Positions 8,336 to 18,923 are shown, counted from the stretch's first letter. The stretch is DNA of 64,000 bases from Candidatus Schekmanbacteria bacterium (GCA_016235675.1 JACRJN010000131.1:1779-65778), one strand, 5' to 3'. Numbers and translations: made by a program. The notes: generated by a model from the letters alone, not told the origin.

Positions 8336-9049
8336 TTATTTCTTCGTCTCCCCCTTTGCCGGTTCCATTTTTTTAATCCACTGTTTTATTTCTTCAGCTT
8401 GGGGAGAATTCGGTTCCAACTCTAAAAATTTTTGAAAATAAAAAACCGCTTTTTCCGGCTGGGATAATTTCTTGGCGTAGATTGTCCCCAGGTTAAAATA
8501 GGCATCGGAGGAATCGTACACCTCTAATACTTTTGAGTAATATTCGACGGCTTTTGCATAATCGCCGCTTACGGCTGCAATATTCCCTTGTTTCAGTAGT
8601 TGCATCATTGTATCGAGGGTTTCCTGACTCAAATCGTTTATCATCCGGCTTGTTTTCGCGGATTGAGGGTTATTGGTCGACAAATCATAAATTTTTTCTT
8701 TATCCAGGTATAATTTTATTTCCTTAATCCATTGGCGTACATGAGGAGTATCTGTATCGAAGGGTTTTAACTGGAGAAATTTTTCATAATAAAAAAGTGC
8801 CCTTTTGCGATCCTGGATATTAATCTCATAAGTCACCCCCAAATTAAACACGGCATCGATCGAATTATAACCGACAAAGGCTTTTTCATAGGCAGCGACG
8901 GCCTCCTGATAATTACCCTCTTCGCAAGCTTTATTCCCCTCTAAAACAAGCTGCGTCCCCGGATCATAACTTTCTTGTGCCGAAGCGATAGAATTTATAA
9001 GTAATATCGGGAAAAAGACGATAAATAAAATTGACGCTTTAAATCTCAT
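8336..9049 (-). CDS. Secreted TPR-repeat protein
   Basis: Carries an N-terminal signal peptide and repeated 'AxxYxxKALxxxP' TPR-like units. Confidence 0.65.
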   Translation of the reverse strand: MRFKASILFIVFFPILLINSIASAQESYDPGTQLVLEGNKACEEGNYQEAVAAYEKAFVGYNSIDAVFNLGVTYEINIQDRKRALFYYEKFLQLKPFDTDTPHVRQWIKEIKLYLDKEKIYDLSTNNPQSAKTSRMINDLSQETLDTMMQLLKQGNIAAVSGDYAKAVEYYSKVLEVYDSSDAYFNLGTIYAKKLSQPEKAVFYFQKFLELEPNSPQAEEIKQWIKKMEPAKGETKK

Positions 9050-9099
9050 TGCTAAACTCCACTTAGTACGCGATTTTATAAATAACTAAGATTATTTTT

Positions 9100-9290
9100 T
9101 AAGTGTCATTGCGAGCTTAAGCGAAGCAATCTCTACCCATGCGTCTGAGATTGCTTCGGCGATAAGGCTGCCTCGCTTTTGACAGAATAAACTCAGTTAG
9201 TTATAAAATCGTGTATTAGTTACTTCCGAGATACGAGGTATGAAAACTAACTCTTCCGTATCTCGTACCTCGTATCTCGTATCTCGGTAT
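9100..9290. repeat. Composite: family D hairpin followed by a GAGATACGAGGTACGAGATACG heptamer-array hairpin
   Basis: 9105..9185 holds cattgcgag/gaagcaatctc palindromes. 9222..9290 reads 'ccgagatacgaggta..cgtatctcgtacctcgtatctcgtatctcgg'. Confidence 0.8.
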
Positions 9291-10016
9291 TTACAGCTTC
9301 GGCTGACGTAATTTAAACGCCGTCCCCTTATAAAAATGCCCCTTTTGCCGCTTCAAATTTTCCTCTGCGGCGACTTTCCATCCTGAGGCATTTCCGGCTT
9401 GTTCATGCATTGGCGCCAGACTTAAAAATTTCTGATAAAAAAAGACCGCTTTCTGCCAGTAGTTTAAATCATAATCATAAACTACGGCCAGGTTAAAACA
9501 AGCCGCCGCGGAATTATTTTTAGTCAGCGTTTCCATATATGCGCTGACCGCCTTCCGATATTCTTTTTTCAGCAAATATTGGTTGCCGGAAACCAGGTTC
9601 ACGTCACCAACATCGGTCATAATCAATTCCTGCGCCTCCGGGCGTTTTAATTGCGGATCAATCGCCTGATCGGGATAAACCTTTTGTTTTACCTCTATAA
9701 GCCAGGCTTTCACCTGAGGGACATCCGCCGAATTCGGCTCCAGTTCCAGAAATTGCTGATAAAGGTGCATGGCCTTGGCATAAAAATCGAGCCGGTGATG
9801 ATAAGTGATGGCCAGATTATAAACGGCATCGGAGGATTTCTTAAGCTGCAAAGCCTCTTTATAGGAACGGGCGGCTTTTTCATATTGACCGCTTTCAAAA
9901 AAATTATTGCCCTGCAAAACCAAATCGGGAACATCCAGGACTTTACCGCCTGCATGGGGCACCAGACAAAAAATAAAGCAGACGACTAAAATCAGCCATC
10001 GGGAAAGATATTGCAC
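9291..10016 (-). CDS. Secreted TPR-repeat protein
   Basis: Has a signal peptide and TPR-like repeats; it is a paralogue of the ORF at 8336..9049. Confidence 0.65.
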   Translation of the reverse strand: MQYLSRWLILVVCFIFCLVPHAGGKVLDVPDLVLQGNNFFESGQYEKAARSYKEALQLKKSSDAVYNLAITYHHRLDFYAKAMHLYQQFLELEPNSADVPQVKAWLIEVKQKVYPDQAIDPQLKRPEAQELIMTDVGDVNLVSGNQYLLKKEYRKAVSAYMETLTKNNSAAACFNLAVVYDYDLNYWQKAVFFYQKFLSLAPMHEQAGNASGWKVAAEENLKRQKGHFYKGTAFKLRQPKL

Positions 10017-10019
10017 CTT

Positions 10020-10697
10020 TTAACCCCCATTTACCGCCAGTTTTAACTGCCTGACATTTTCCTGCGGATTCTTGCCATCGAAAACCGCCGAGCCGGCTAC
10101 TAAAATATCCGCCCCCGCCTGCGCGGTTTGAACTGCATTGTCGATTTTAACCCCCCCGTCGACTTCGATTAATATATCCAGCGTCTTATCGTTAATCATC
10201 TGGCGTAATTGCTGAATTTTAGGCCATACCTGGGGAATAAACTTCTGATTCCCAAAGCCGGGATTGACCGACATCAGTAAGATCAGATCCACATCCGGCC
10301 AAAGGTGCTCCAAGACATTTAACGTTGTGGCCGGATTTAATGCCAATCCGGCCCTGACTTTTTGCCGGCGAATCGCGTCCAATGTGCGTTGCAAATGATA
10401 GCCGGTCTCCGCATGAACGGTAATAAAATCACTGCCCGCACCGATAAAAGCATCCACATATTGATCGGGGTTTTCGATCATCAAATGCACGTCCAGCGGC
10501 ACAGCGGTAATTTTTTTCAGGGCTGAGACTACCAGAGGCCCAATAGTTATATTCGGTACAAAATGCCCGTCCATGACATCGACATGAATTAAATCCGCAC
10601 CGCCCGAAACAGCGGCTTGCACTTCATCCCCCAAACGGGCAAAATCGGCGGAGAGGATGGAGGGGGCAATTTGAACCTTATTTTTCCCTGTTGTCAT
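10020..10697 (-). CDS. rpe: Ribulose-phosphate 3-epimerase
   Basis: 'IAPSILSADFARLG..VDVMDGHFVPN' is the Rpe signature. Confidence 0.9.
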   Translation of the reverse strand: MTTGKNKVQIAPSILSADFARLGDEVQAAVSGGADLIHVDVMDGHFVPNITIGPLVVSALKKITAVPLDVHLMIENPDQYVDAFIGAGSDFITVHAETGYHLQRTLDAIRRQKVRAGLALNPATTLNVLEHLWPDVDLILLMSVNPGFGNQKFIPQVWPKIQQLRQMINDKTLDILIEVDGGVKIDNAVQTAQAGADILVAGSAVFDGKNPQENVRQLKLAVNGG

Positions 10698-10815
10698 GAA
10701 AAAAAACCCTTTGCATTGGAGAGGTTAATCGGCAGGCAAACAGCCCATATGCCTTTAATGTAATAGAATTATAAATAAGCGTCAAGATAAAAATGACAGA
10801 ATACCGGGAGGGGAA

Positions 10816-11862
10816 TTACTTATTCTGAAATGCCGGGAAATTGGAGAGATCGAAAATAGCATAAAGCGACTGGACGGAAGCCGCCGTTTCTTTGGTTAAA
10901 TCCAACTGATCGAGATTTTCCACGATTCTGAAAAACCATTTGCTGATTCTGATCTTATCGGGACGATCTTCTTCGGCCAATTCATCTTTGACCTTATCCA
11001 GGTTGAGAATTGTCTTTTCCTTTTTGCCCCCATCTAAGCGGGAATCATATTTCAAGAGCATTATTACCTTGTTCACGGCCTCTATTTGTAATTTTCGCTC
11101 ATTGAAAGAGGTACCGATCTTTATATCCAAATTAGCCGCGGGATTGATCTTGGCCGTGTCTTCTAAAGTATAGGGGGCGAGGGTTTGAAACCCAGGGTTT
11201 TTCACTGGAAGCGGGGTATCTTGTTGCAGAAAACTGGCTATGGAGGATATTCCCATGGGATGGGCGGATAACTCAGACAATACCTTTTCGTAAAGTTCTT
11301 TGCTCTCATCCGATATATTATAGCTTTTTAAGATAAAATCCGTTCTTACCTTCATGGTGGTAAGTAACAAATCGTGTTCCTTTTTATTGATAATCACCGG
11401 TAGATCGGAAAAATCGGCGCCCCGGCGGATTCTCTCCAGATAATCCTTAAGATCGATTCTAACCGTCTGCGGGCTGACGGTAATGCCTTCATCGGCCAAA
11501 GTGAGTTTAAAACCGATACGCTGGGGGACAGAATTATCTACGGAAAAACGCACTTTGTAGCCATGCAGACGGGAGTAATTTTCAAAACCGATTAATAAGT
11601 CATGAAACAGCGGTCTTTGATCATCCGGCAGATTTATCGAGATATAGCCGCCCAGGTTTGTGCCCACCATCGGTTCTCTACTCTGGGAAAGCTGCATTTC
11701 ATACATTTTCTTTTGGCAGACTAATTGTTCTTTGATCAATTCCTCCCGCTTTTTCAATTCATCCTTGCGATCATACCTCCAAAGCCAGATGCAAAAAATC
11801 GCCATCAGTAAAGACACCAAAGAAATAATGTAGGGGACGGAAATTGTAATCGATTCAAACAT
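10816..11862 (-). CDS. Hypothetical membrane-anchored coiled-coil protein
   Basis: An N-terminal TM helix is followed by a charged coiled-coil segment. An ATG with an AGAGG RBS sits at 11862; the tracked upstream start lies inside the heptamer repeat. Confidence 0.45.
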   Translation of the reverse strand: MFESITISVPYIISLVSLLMAIFCIWLWRYDRKDELKKREELIKEQLVCQKKMYEMQLSQSREPMVGTNLGGYISINLPDDQRPLFHDLLIGFENYSRLHGYKVRFSVDNSVPQRIGFKLTLADEGITVSPQTVRIDLKDYLERIRRGADFSDLPVIINKKEHDLLLTTMKVRTDFILKSYNISDESKELYEKVLSELSAHPMGISSIASFLQQDTPLPVKNPGFQTLAPYTLEDTAKINPAANLDIKIGTSFNERKLQIEAVNKVIMLLKYDSRLDGGKKEKTILNLDKVKDELAEEDRPDKIRISKWFFRIVENLDQLDLTKETAASVQSLYAIFDLSNFPAFQNK

Positions 11863-11892
11863 GTTAAAACCTCTAAGAAATACTTTTTTCAC

Positions 11893-12102
11893 CACAAAGC
11901 ACACGAAGATCACGAAGAAAAAATAAATAGTTTAATTAAATATCATAAATAGTAGGGTGGGCTGCGCCCACCATTACCTCAAACTCATGAATATTCTTAA
12001 AATGGTGGGCGCAACCCACCCTACAAACTGCATTACCGTAAAAAAATAGCATTTGTAATTCTTCGTGTGCTTCGTGCGCTTCGTGGTGAAAAGAAATTTA
12101 CC
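11893..12102. repeat. Family E composite palindrome (CACGAAG heptamer arrays flanking a family J GGTGGGC palindrome)
   Basis: 'cacaaagcacacgaagatcacgaagaaaaa' at 11893.. is mirrored by 'ttcttcgtgtgcttcgtgcgcttcgtggtg' at 12058... Between them lies a 'tagggtgggctgcgcccacc...ggtgggcgcaacccaccctaca' palindrome. Confidence 0.8.
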
Positions 12103-12124
12103 CGCAGTTTATCGCCATGATCCA

Positions 12125-12880
12125 TTATTGGCTGACCGTCACATCGACCAAATTCCCTTGCTGGATACGAAAGCCTGAGGGCGGGGATTGATCGATCACG
12201 ATACCGGGTGAAATCCCCTGATAGATTATCTGCCCGACCTTGCCTAAGCTGGCATTCATGATTTTCAAGCGGCGTGTCACCGAATCCACCTGCTGTCCGA
12301 TAAAATCCGGCATAAGATAATTCTCAGTCATCGGGCCTTTACTGACCAATAGATTGACTTTCGTGCCCCGTTTGACGCCGAATCCCGCCGGAGGCGATTG
12401 CCCGATAATCTCCTGAGATGGCGCGTAATTATAAACCCTGGCCAAAGTCCCGATGCCTAAACCTTCCTTGTGCAGAACAGACTGCGCCTGATGCCAGGCT
12501 GTCCTCAATAAAGTGGGGATTTTTACCAATTGCGATCCCCGGCTTAAAATAATCCGTACTTTACGTCCGGCTTTGATGGTACTGCCGGCCGGCGGATGTT
12601 GAGCGATTATGTAATGGCTGGGAACTCCGGCATTAAATTCCTGCTCCTCGATTTCCAGGCGCAAATTTAATTGATTCAGCTTTTCCAAAGCATCGACGAT
12701 ATTTTGCCCTTCCAGGGCGGGGACTGTAACCTCTGTGCCTTTGATAAAAAAGCGCAGGCTTAAAAAGGCGCTCGACAATCCCAAAACAATCAATCCGAAA
12801 AAAATGAACAGTAATCGTCCCCAGGAACTCTTGGTCAACTTAAACTCCTTAAGGTTAGAGATAGTTGCAAAAGTCCCCAA
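12125..12880 (-). CDS. PASTA domain-containing membrane protein
   Basis: An N-terminal TM helix is followed by three PASTA-like repeats ('..GxxVxxxxSxG..'). Confidence 0.65.
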   Translation of the reverse strand: MGTFATISNLKEFKLTKSSWGRLLFIFFGLIVLGLSSAFLSLRFFIKGTEVTVPALEGQNIVDALEKLNQLNLRLEIEEQEFNAGVPSHYIIAQHPPAGSTIKAGRKVRIILSRGSQLVKIPTLLRTAWHQAQSVLHKEGLGIGTLARVYNYAPSQEIIGQSPPAGFGVKRGTKVNLLVSKGPMTENYLMPDFIGQQVDSVTRRLKIMNASLGKVGQIIYQGISPGIVIDQSPPSGFRIQQGNLVDVTVSQ

Positions 12881-12892
12881 AATGTCATTCCC

Positions 12893-12978
12893 GCAATGAT
12901 TTTAAGCGGGAATCTGGTTTTAACTGCTTGAAAAACCATATCCCCGATAAAAACATTCGGGGATGACAGATAGTTTTG
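12893..12978. repeat. Family G element (GTCATTCCCG..CGGGAAT and CATATCCCCGATAAA..CGGGGATGACAG hairpins)
   Basis: A second copy at 28262..28372 is nearly identical. Confidence 0.8.
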
Positions 12979-12981
12979 CAA

Positions 12982-14316
12982 CTACCTCGTTAACTTAGCG
13001 ACAAAGAAACCGTCGCTGAAATCTTTTTGCGTCCACGAATGCCAATAATTGCAGGCTTTCCCGTCCGTAATTATCGGCGCTGATTGCCAGCCTGGGTGAG
13101 TTTTTAAAAAACCTTCGATTACCTGTTCGTTTTCCTCCTCCTCCAGGCTGCATGTAGCATACACCAAAACACCGTCATTTGCCAGATACGGCGCAGCCTG
13201 TGCTAATAATTTCCCTTGGGAAACCGGCATTTTATCAATCAATTCAGGTGATTTATACCAACGGGCTTCGGGATAACGTCCCAAAACGCCCAGTCCGGAA
13301 CAGGGCGCATCTATTAATATCCGATCATATTTTTGACCTGAGGCTATCGGCAAAGCAACCGCGGCGTCCGCACATAAACCATGCACGGTATTTATCCCCA
13401 AGCGCCGACAATTGGCTTGATTTTGCCGCAGTTTATCTGAATTGATGTCTATCGCTTCTATCCACCCCTGATTTTGCATCAATTGAGCCAGATGGGTGCT
13501 TTTTACCCCCCGCCCGGCACACAAATCCAAAACCCGCTGCCCCGGTTTCGGGTCAAGAACCTGACCGACAGATTGTGAGCAGGGGCTTTGTATCTCGATA
13601 CAACCGTCCTGATAAGCCCGGCTGCAAACGAAATCGACACCGGAAACAACCTCTAATGCGCCGCTTATCGAGATATGGGGAGCAGTCACAATATTCTCTT
13701 GCAATAACCGTTCCTGGCATCCGGCCAGCGTAGTCTTAAGCGTATTTACACGAAACGCAGTGATCGCCGGTTGATTATTCCCGGCGCAGATTTGTTTAGT
13801 CTTTTCCACCCCCCAGCGCTTTATCCAGCGCCTGATTAACCATTCCGGATGCGAATAATCGACGGAGATGTTCAAGACGGGATTTTCCTCCCAGGCAGGC
13901 AAAGCAGGCAGGGCTTTTAAGGTGCTGATTTTTCTTAAAACGGCATTGACTAAATTGTTACTACCCGGATAACCATAGCGACGGGCAAGAGTAACGCTTT
14001 CATTTACCGCGGCATAGGGGGTAATCCCTTTGAGGAAAAGCAGTTGATAGGCGCCCAGGCGCAGGATATTCAACACCGCGGGATGGGTTTTTTTCAAGCG
14101 CTGACCGGTCAGATAATTCAACACCCAGTCCAGCTTGAGCCTCAAGCGCAAAACACCGTTGACCAGTTCCTTCAAAAGGGCTTTATCTTGCGGACTTAAC
14201 GGATATTTTTGATAAACTTCCAGAATTAATAAATTGGCGGAACTGTTTTGGGTTTCGATCGCTTGCAGAATTTTTAAAGCCAGTTCACGGGCGGCAGGTA
14301 CCGATTGCTTTTTCAT
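12982..14316 (-). CDS. rsmB: 16S rRNA (cytosine967-C5)-methyltransferase RsmB/Sun
   Basis: Has an N-terminal NusB-like domain and a C-terminal SAM MTase with 'DLCAGRGVKS' and 'DAPCSGLG' motifs. Confidence 0.85.
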   Translation of the reverse strand: MKKQSVPAARELALKILQAIETQNSSANLLILEVYQKYPLSPQDKALLKELVNGVLRLRLKLDWVLNYLTGQRLKKTHPAVLNILRLGAYQLLFLKGITPYAAVNESVTLARRYGYPGSNNLVNAVLRKISTLKALPALPAWEENPVLNISVDYSHPEWLIRRWIKRWGVEKTKQICAGNNQPAITAFRVNTLKTTLAGCQERLLQENIVTAPHISISGALEVVSGVDFVCSRAYQDGCIEIQSPCSQSVGQVLDPKPGQRVLDLCAGRGVKSTHLAQLMQNQGWIEAIDINSDKLRQNQANCRRLGINTVHGLCADAAVALPIASGQKYDRILIDAPCSGLGVLGRYPEARWYKSPELIDKMPVSQGKLLAQAAPYLANDGVLVYATCSLEEEENEQVIEGFLKTHPGWQSAPIITDGKACNYWHSWTQKDFSDGFFVAKLTR

Positions 14317-14339
14317 GCTGCGAATTATATATTATTTGG

Positions 14340-14618
14340 GGGGGAAAGAAAAGAGCGGGAACTTTAATATTGCCCTACGTCCGGTAGCACAGGTATCTTG
14401 CCTGTGTCATGGTCTTTCGGCTTGTCCTCAAGCCGAAAGACCCAAAAAATGTAGTCCCGTGGCTTTAGCCACGCAATTTCAGCCTTAAGCTGAGACTAAA
14501 GACACGTTCATCCGGAAACACCTGAACTTATACTGAACCGGGTTAACCATTTGTGAGTCGTGATTGCATGGCTTTATGCCATGAAGATCAGCCCTGAAGG
14601 GCTTTAGACTACGATATT
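14340..14618. repeat. Cluster of family C and family B-like GTAG hairpin elements
   Basis: 'ggtagcacaggtatcttgcctgtg', 'gtagtcccgtggctttagccacg' and 'cagccctgaagggctttagactacg' are visible in this span. Confidence 0.7.
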
Positions 14619-14624
14619 TTAGGT

Positions 14625-15962
14625 TTAAAATCTCTGTTTATGGGTTTCTTGAGTATAAAAAGAAAACAGCGGTTTTTTGATCCGTCTTCTTAATCTTTTC
14701 AAATAGGTTAAATCGGTTTGGTAATCGGGATGTTTTATTCTTGCTTCAATATCCACCGCTTGTTCCAAAAGCGAAACGGCCTCTTTTAGTCGGCCCTGCT
14801 TTTCCAGAATGATGCTTAGATTGAACTCGGTTACCGCTTCAACAGCTAAGTTACCGATTTCCTTCCAGATTTTCAAGCTTTCCTGATAATATTGGATAGC
14901 CTGATCGTATTTGCCCCAATAGCGGAAAATAGCCCCTAAATTAATCAGGGTCGTCCCTTCGCCTTGCCGATCGCCGGTTTCCCGGTGAATTTTCAGGCTT
15001 TCCCGATAATATTGGATGGCCTGGTCATAATCGCCAGATGAATCGTATATCGCCCCTATATTATTCAGGGTTGCGCCCTCCCCCTGGCGATAACCGATCC
15101 CTCTCCAGACTTTCAGGCTGTGGTGATAATATTTAACGGCCTGCTCAGGCTTTCCCCATGAATCATAAATGGCGCCGATATTATTCAAGGTGATCCCCGC
15201 TCCCTGCCGGTCTTTGATTTTCTTCAATATGTTCAGACTCTCCCGCAGATAATAAATCGCTTGCTCATATTGGCCCCACGAGTCGTATATTGCGCCCAGA
15301 TTGGATAAAACCGCCCCCTCGCAGCAGTAATCCTCACATTCCCGGCTGACTTTCCAGCTATCCTGGAAATATTGGATTGCCAGATCGTATCGGCCCCAGG
15401 AGTGGTAAATCATGCCGACGGCATTCAGTATTTGCCCTTCCATTTTTTTATCTTGTTGTTTTAGCGCTAATTTGAGCGCGATATCGCAATTTTCCAGGGC
15501 GGGTATATATTGGGACAGATGATAATAGGCGTTGCCTAAAGCAAAATAAAAACTGCGACATTTTACCTTATCAGCCGCCTGCTGAAAATGATTGACCGCT
15601 GTCTTGAAATCACGCTGTCGATAACTCTCCATTCCCGTCAGATATTGGTTTTCCGCTTCAGTCACGGCTTGCAGAAACCCGGCTTTAGCGGCTCTCAACT
15701 CTTTCTTTAATTTCCCGGACGACGGCAGGGAAAGCAGTTCCCGTTCCTGCAAGACCTTTACCGCGATTTCGGTTTGCTGCGTGGATTCTTGTTTGACCTG
15801 CTCTTGCCCGGCCTTTTTAGCGGATTTTATTTTAAGCTGTTGGAAAAGTTTTCCGGCAAGGAATGCAGCAATTATACATAACCCGGCTGATAAGCTTATG
15901 TAAGTTATGGATATTAATAGCCGTATAATATCTGCAAAATTTTCCGCATAATAATTGACCAT
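14625..15962 (-). CDS. Membrane-anchored TPR-repeat protein
   Basis: An N-terminal TM helix is followed by about 8 TPR units with a recurring 'IYDSWG' motif. Confidence 0.65.
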   Translation of the reverse strand: MVNYYAENFADIIRLLISITYISLSAGLCIIAAFLAGKLFQQLKIKSAKKAGQEQVKQESTQQTEIAVKVLQERELLSLPSSGKLKKELRAAKAGFLQAVTEAENQYLTGMESYRQRDFKTAVNHFQQAADKVKCRSFYFALGNAYYHLSQYIPALENCDIALKLALKQQDKKMEGQILNAVGMIYHSWGRYDLAIQYFQDSWKVSRECEDYCCEGAVLSNLGAIYDSWGQYEQAIYYLRESLNILKKIKDRQGAGITLNNIGAIYDSWGKPEQAVKYYHHSLKVWRGIGYRQGEGATLNNIGAIYDSSGDYDQAIQYYRESLKIHRETGDRQGEGTTLINLGAIFRYWGKYDQAIQYYQESLKIWKEIGNLAVEAVTEFNLSIILEKQGRLKEAVSLLEQAVDIEARIKHPDYQTDLTYLKRLRRRIKKPLFSFYTQETHKQRF

Positions 15963-16007
15963 TTACTTCCCTTTGCTCATAATATATCTGATCTAATCAT
16001 AATACCG

Positions 16008-16115
16008 TTCACTTAACGTAGCGCAGGGCTTTAGCCCTGCTTATGGGGTGGCTTCGGCGGGAACGAAGGAGCAGACCTAAAGGTCTGCACTACGTTAAGT
16101 GAACAGTCTTTAATT
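16008..16115. repeat. Family A REPIN-like element (GTAGCGCAGGGCTTTAGCCCTGC / GCAGACCTTTAGGTCTGCGCTAC, outer CTGTTCACTTAA TIR)
   Basis: Other copies lie at 16876..16951, 21590..21828, 57137..57265 and 59815..59985. Confidence 0.85.
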
Positions 16116-16237
16116 TAATCATATATAAAATGATTAAGCATATATGATACTTTATATGGGAAGAAAAAAGAAGAGGATAAATGGGTGAAAGGATGAAACA
16201 GTATTGATACCAATTCGCTATCGAACATTGAAGAATA

Positions 16238-16335
16238 ATTCGTAGCACGGGGGTTTATCCCCCGTTTGCAGCGCCTGCTTACGGGAGATGAACTCCCGCG
16301 CTACATTAATCTTTGATAGCGAATTGGTATGAGTT
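16238..16335. repeat. Family H element (GTAGCG + GGGGTTTATCCCC / GGGGGATAAACCCCC hairpins)
   Basis: Related copies occur at 19150..19258 and 43470..43562. Confidence 0.75.
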
Positions 16336-18923
16336 TAAATAACAATATTAACCAGCTTTCCGCCGGCAACTATTACCTTGCGGATTGGCTTGCCTTGGAT
16401 AAATTCCCGGATGCGGGCATCTGATAAGGCGGATTGTTTGATCGTCTCTTCCCCCGCGTCTTTAGGCAGGTTGATCTTGCTGCGTAATTTGCCGTTAATC
16501 TGGATGACGACGGTGACCTCATCCTCGCTGGCGATGGCTTCATCGTAAACCGGCCAGGGCTGCTGGCTGATACTGGCGGGATAGCCCAATGTCCGCCACA
16601 ATTCCTCGCTGATATGGGGGGCGAAGGGGGCAAGCAGTAATAACACACTGCGTAAAGCCTCCTTCAAGACTAAATAAGCCTCATCATCCTTCGGTTCGAA
16701 CTGATAGAGGGTGTTGACCAGTTCCATCACGGCGCTGATGGCGGTGTTGAAGTGGAAGCGGTCTTCGATGTCCCGGCCTACCTTGCGGATGGTTTGATGC
16801 ACCCGGCAGCGCAATTGTTTGTTGGCCGGGGTCAACTGGACGGGAATCAGATCATTGCCGATCGCCGTCAATTTTTCACCTGAAGATGTCGTAGCGCAGG
16901 GCTTTAGCCCTGCCTCCCCGGTAGCAGACCTAAAGGTCTGCGCTACATGTTTATTGTTCTTGGTATCCCGAAGAGACATAGGTGTTTCGGCATAGGTATT
17001 GACCAGCCGCCAGACCCGTTGCAGGAAGCGGTAAGAGCCTTCCACCCCTTCCTCGCTCCAATCCAAATCCTTTTCCGGCGGGGCGGCAAACAAGGAAAAG
17101 AGGCGCGCCGTGTCTGCTCCGTACTTTTCCAGCAAATCATTGGGATCAACTACATTACCCTTGGATTTGCTCATCTTCGCCCCATCCTTGATAACCATGC
17201 CTTGAGTAAGCAGGTTAGTGAAGGGTTCGTCATAAGTCAAGTAGCCCAAATCACGCAAAACTTTGTTGAAAAAGCGGGCATAAAGTAAGTGCAGCACGGC
17301 ATGTTCGATCCCGCCCACATATTGATCCACCGGCAGCCAGTAATTGACCGCTTTTTCATCAAAAGCGGCATTAGTTAACCGGGGAGATGTGTAGCGGGCA
17401 AAGTACCAGGAGGATTCGACAAAGGTATCCAGGGTATCGGTCTCCCGTTTAGCCGGTTTACCGCAGGCCGGACAGTCGGTATTGACGAATTCGGCGATCG
17501 AAGGCAAAGGGGAATGGCCGTCTTCGGGAAATGCCGTATGGGTGGGCAGAACTATCGGTAACCGTTCCGCTTGCTCCGGAACGGTTCCGCAAGCATCGCA
17601 ATAAACTATCGGAATGGGCGCACCCCAGAAGCGCTGGCGGGAGATGCCCCAATCGCGCAGACGATAATTGACCTTACGGCAGCCGATCTCGGCCTTCTCC
17701 ATAAAATCGGCGATCGCTTCGCGGGCTTGTGGGCTGGTCAGGCCACTAAATTGACCGCTGTTGACCAGATTGCCATCGTCTACATAGGCTTCGGTCATTG
17801 TTTCCGCTTGCAATGCACCATCAGTGGGTTGAATTACCACCCGCAAGGGGATATTGTACTTGCGGGCGAATTCAAAATCCCGCTGGTCATGAGTGGGCAC
17901 AGCCATAACCGCCCCGGTGCCGTAACCCATCAGGACGAAGTTAGCCAGATAGACCGGAATATACTCCTGGGTCATCGGATTGAGGACGTAGCAGCCGCAG
18001 AATATGCCCTCCTTTTCCGGCTCCGCCTGACCGCGCTGCTGTACCCGGTGGCTTTTCTTGAAATTCTCCACAAAGATTTGTAACGTTTCAGGATTTGGGC
18101 AATGCTGTCTGATTATGTCCACTAAAGGGTGTTCGGGGGAAATGGAAACAAAGGTAGCGCCGAAAATAGTATCGACACGGGTGGTAAAGACGGTCAGCGA
18201 TTCGCCTAAGCCTTTGAGTGGAAACTTGATCTCCATCCCCTGGCTTTTGCCGATCCAGTTGCGCTGCATCATTAATACCTTTTCCGGCCAGCCGGGTAGC
18301 TGATCAGTAAACTTGAGCAGTTCGTCGGCATAGGCGGTGATGCGGAAAAACCAGCTTTCCATCGCCCGCGGCTCAACCACACTGGAACAGCGCCAGCACA
18401 AGCCCTCCTCCACCTGCTCGTTAGCCAGAACGGTCTGGCAGGAAGGGCACCAGTTGACCGGGGAAAGCTTTTTGTAGACCAACCCCTTCTCATACATCTG
18501 CAAGAAGAATTGCTGCTCCCAGCGGTAATAATCCGGCAGACAAGTCGCCAATTCCCTATGCCAGTCGTAGCTATAACCCATTCGTTTCAATTGACCGCGC
18601 ATATAATCGATATTGCTTGCCGTCCATTTGGCCGGATGGCTCTTATGGGCAATGGCCGCATTCTCCGCCGGCAGCCCGAAAGCGTCCCACCCCATCGGAT
18701 GCAGAACGTTAAAGCCCTTCATCCTCTTGTAACGGGCGATCACATCCCCGATCGAGTAATTACGCACATGCCCCATATGAATCCGCCCGGAGGGATAGGG
18801 AAACATCTCCAATAAGTAGTATTTGGGAAGATTAGGGTCTTCCGTCACCCGGAAAATCCGCTCCCTCTCCCAATACTCCTGCCATTTGGCCTCGATTTCT
18901 TTATGCTGATAATGCTGATTCAT
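16335..18923 (-). CDS. leuS: Leucine--tRNA ligase
   Basis: 862 aa with HMGH ('HMGHVRNY') and KMSKS motifs. It contains an in-frame family A repeat at 16876..16951. Confidence 0.95.
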   Translation of the reverse strand: MNQHYQHKEIEAKWQEYWERERIFRVTEDPNLPKYYLLEMFPYPSGRIHMGHVRNYSIGDVIARYKRMKGFNVLHPMGWDAFGLPAENAAIAHKSHPAKWTASNIDYMRGQLKRMGYSYDWHRELATCLPDYYRWEQQFFLQMYEKGLVYKKLSPVNWCPSCQTVLANEQVEEGLCWRCSSVVEPRAMESWFFRITAYADELLKFTDQLPGWPEKVLMMQRNWIGKSQGMEIKFPLKGLGESLTVFTTRVDTIFGATFVSISPEHPLVDIIRQHCPNPETLQIFVENFKKSHRVQQRGQAEPEKEGIFCGCYVLNPMTQEYIPVYLANFVLMGYGTGAVMAVPTHDQRDFEFARKYNIPLRVVIQPTDGALQAETMTEAYVDDGNLVNSGQFSGLTSPQAREAIADFMEKAEIGCRKVNYRLRDWGISRQRFWGAPIPIVYCDACGTVPEQAERLPIVLPTHTAFPEDGHSPLPSIAEFVNTDCPACGKPAKRETDTLDTFVESSWYFARYTSPRLTNAAFDEKAVNYWLPVDQYVGGIEHAVLHLLYARFFNKVLRDLGYLTYDEPFTNLLTQGMVIKDGAKMSKSKGNVVDPNDLLEKYGADTARLFSLFAAPPEKDLDWSEEGVEGSYRFLQRVWRLVNTYAETPMSLRDTKNNKHVAQTFRSATGEAGLKPCATTSSGEKLTAIGNDLIPVQLTPANKQLRCRVHQTIRKVGRDIEDRFHFNTAISAVMELVNTLYQFEPKDDEAYLVLKEALRSVLLLLAPFAPHISEELWRTLGYPASISQQPWPVYDEAIASEDEVTVVIQINGKLRSKINLPKDAGEETIKQSALSDARIREFIQGKPIRKVIVAGGKLVNIVI
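16876..16951. repeat. Family A REPIN-like element embedded in-frame in leuS
   Basis: 'gtagcgcagggctttagccctgcctccccggtagcagacctaaaggtctgcgctac' lies inside the leuS reading frame. It is translated as '..[21 protein letters not shown]..'. Confidence 0.85.

Noticed and set aside
8040-9290. tRNA genes among the structured intergenic hairpins
   Set aside because: The hairpins are long simple or nested palindromes without cloverleaf geometry, a T-loop GTTCRANYC motif or anticodon-arm features. The only tRNA-like domain found is that of the tmRNA at 62283..62660.
16876-16951. Intein in LeuS
   Set aside because: The insertion is only about 25 aa and corresponds exactly to the palindromic DNA element. 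There are no intein splicing motifs or homing endonuclease.
16373-18815. ORFs overlapping leuS (16373..16648 -, 16947..17288 +, 17571..18083 +, 18510..18815 +, etc.)
   Set aside because: They are shadow ORFs of a conserved 862-aa synthetase, with low-complexity, Arg/Pro-rich translations.
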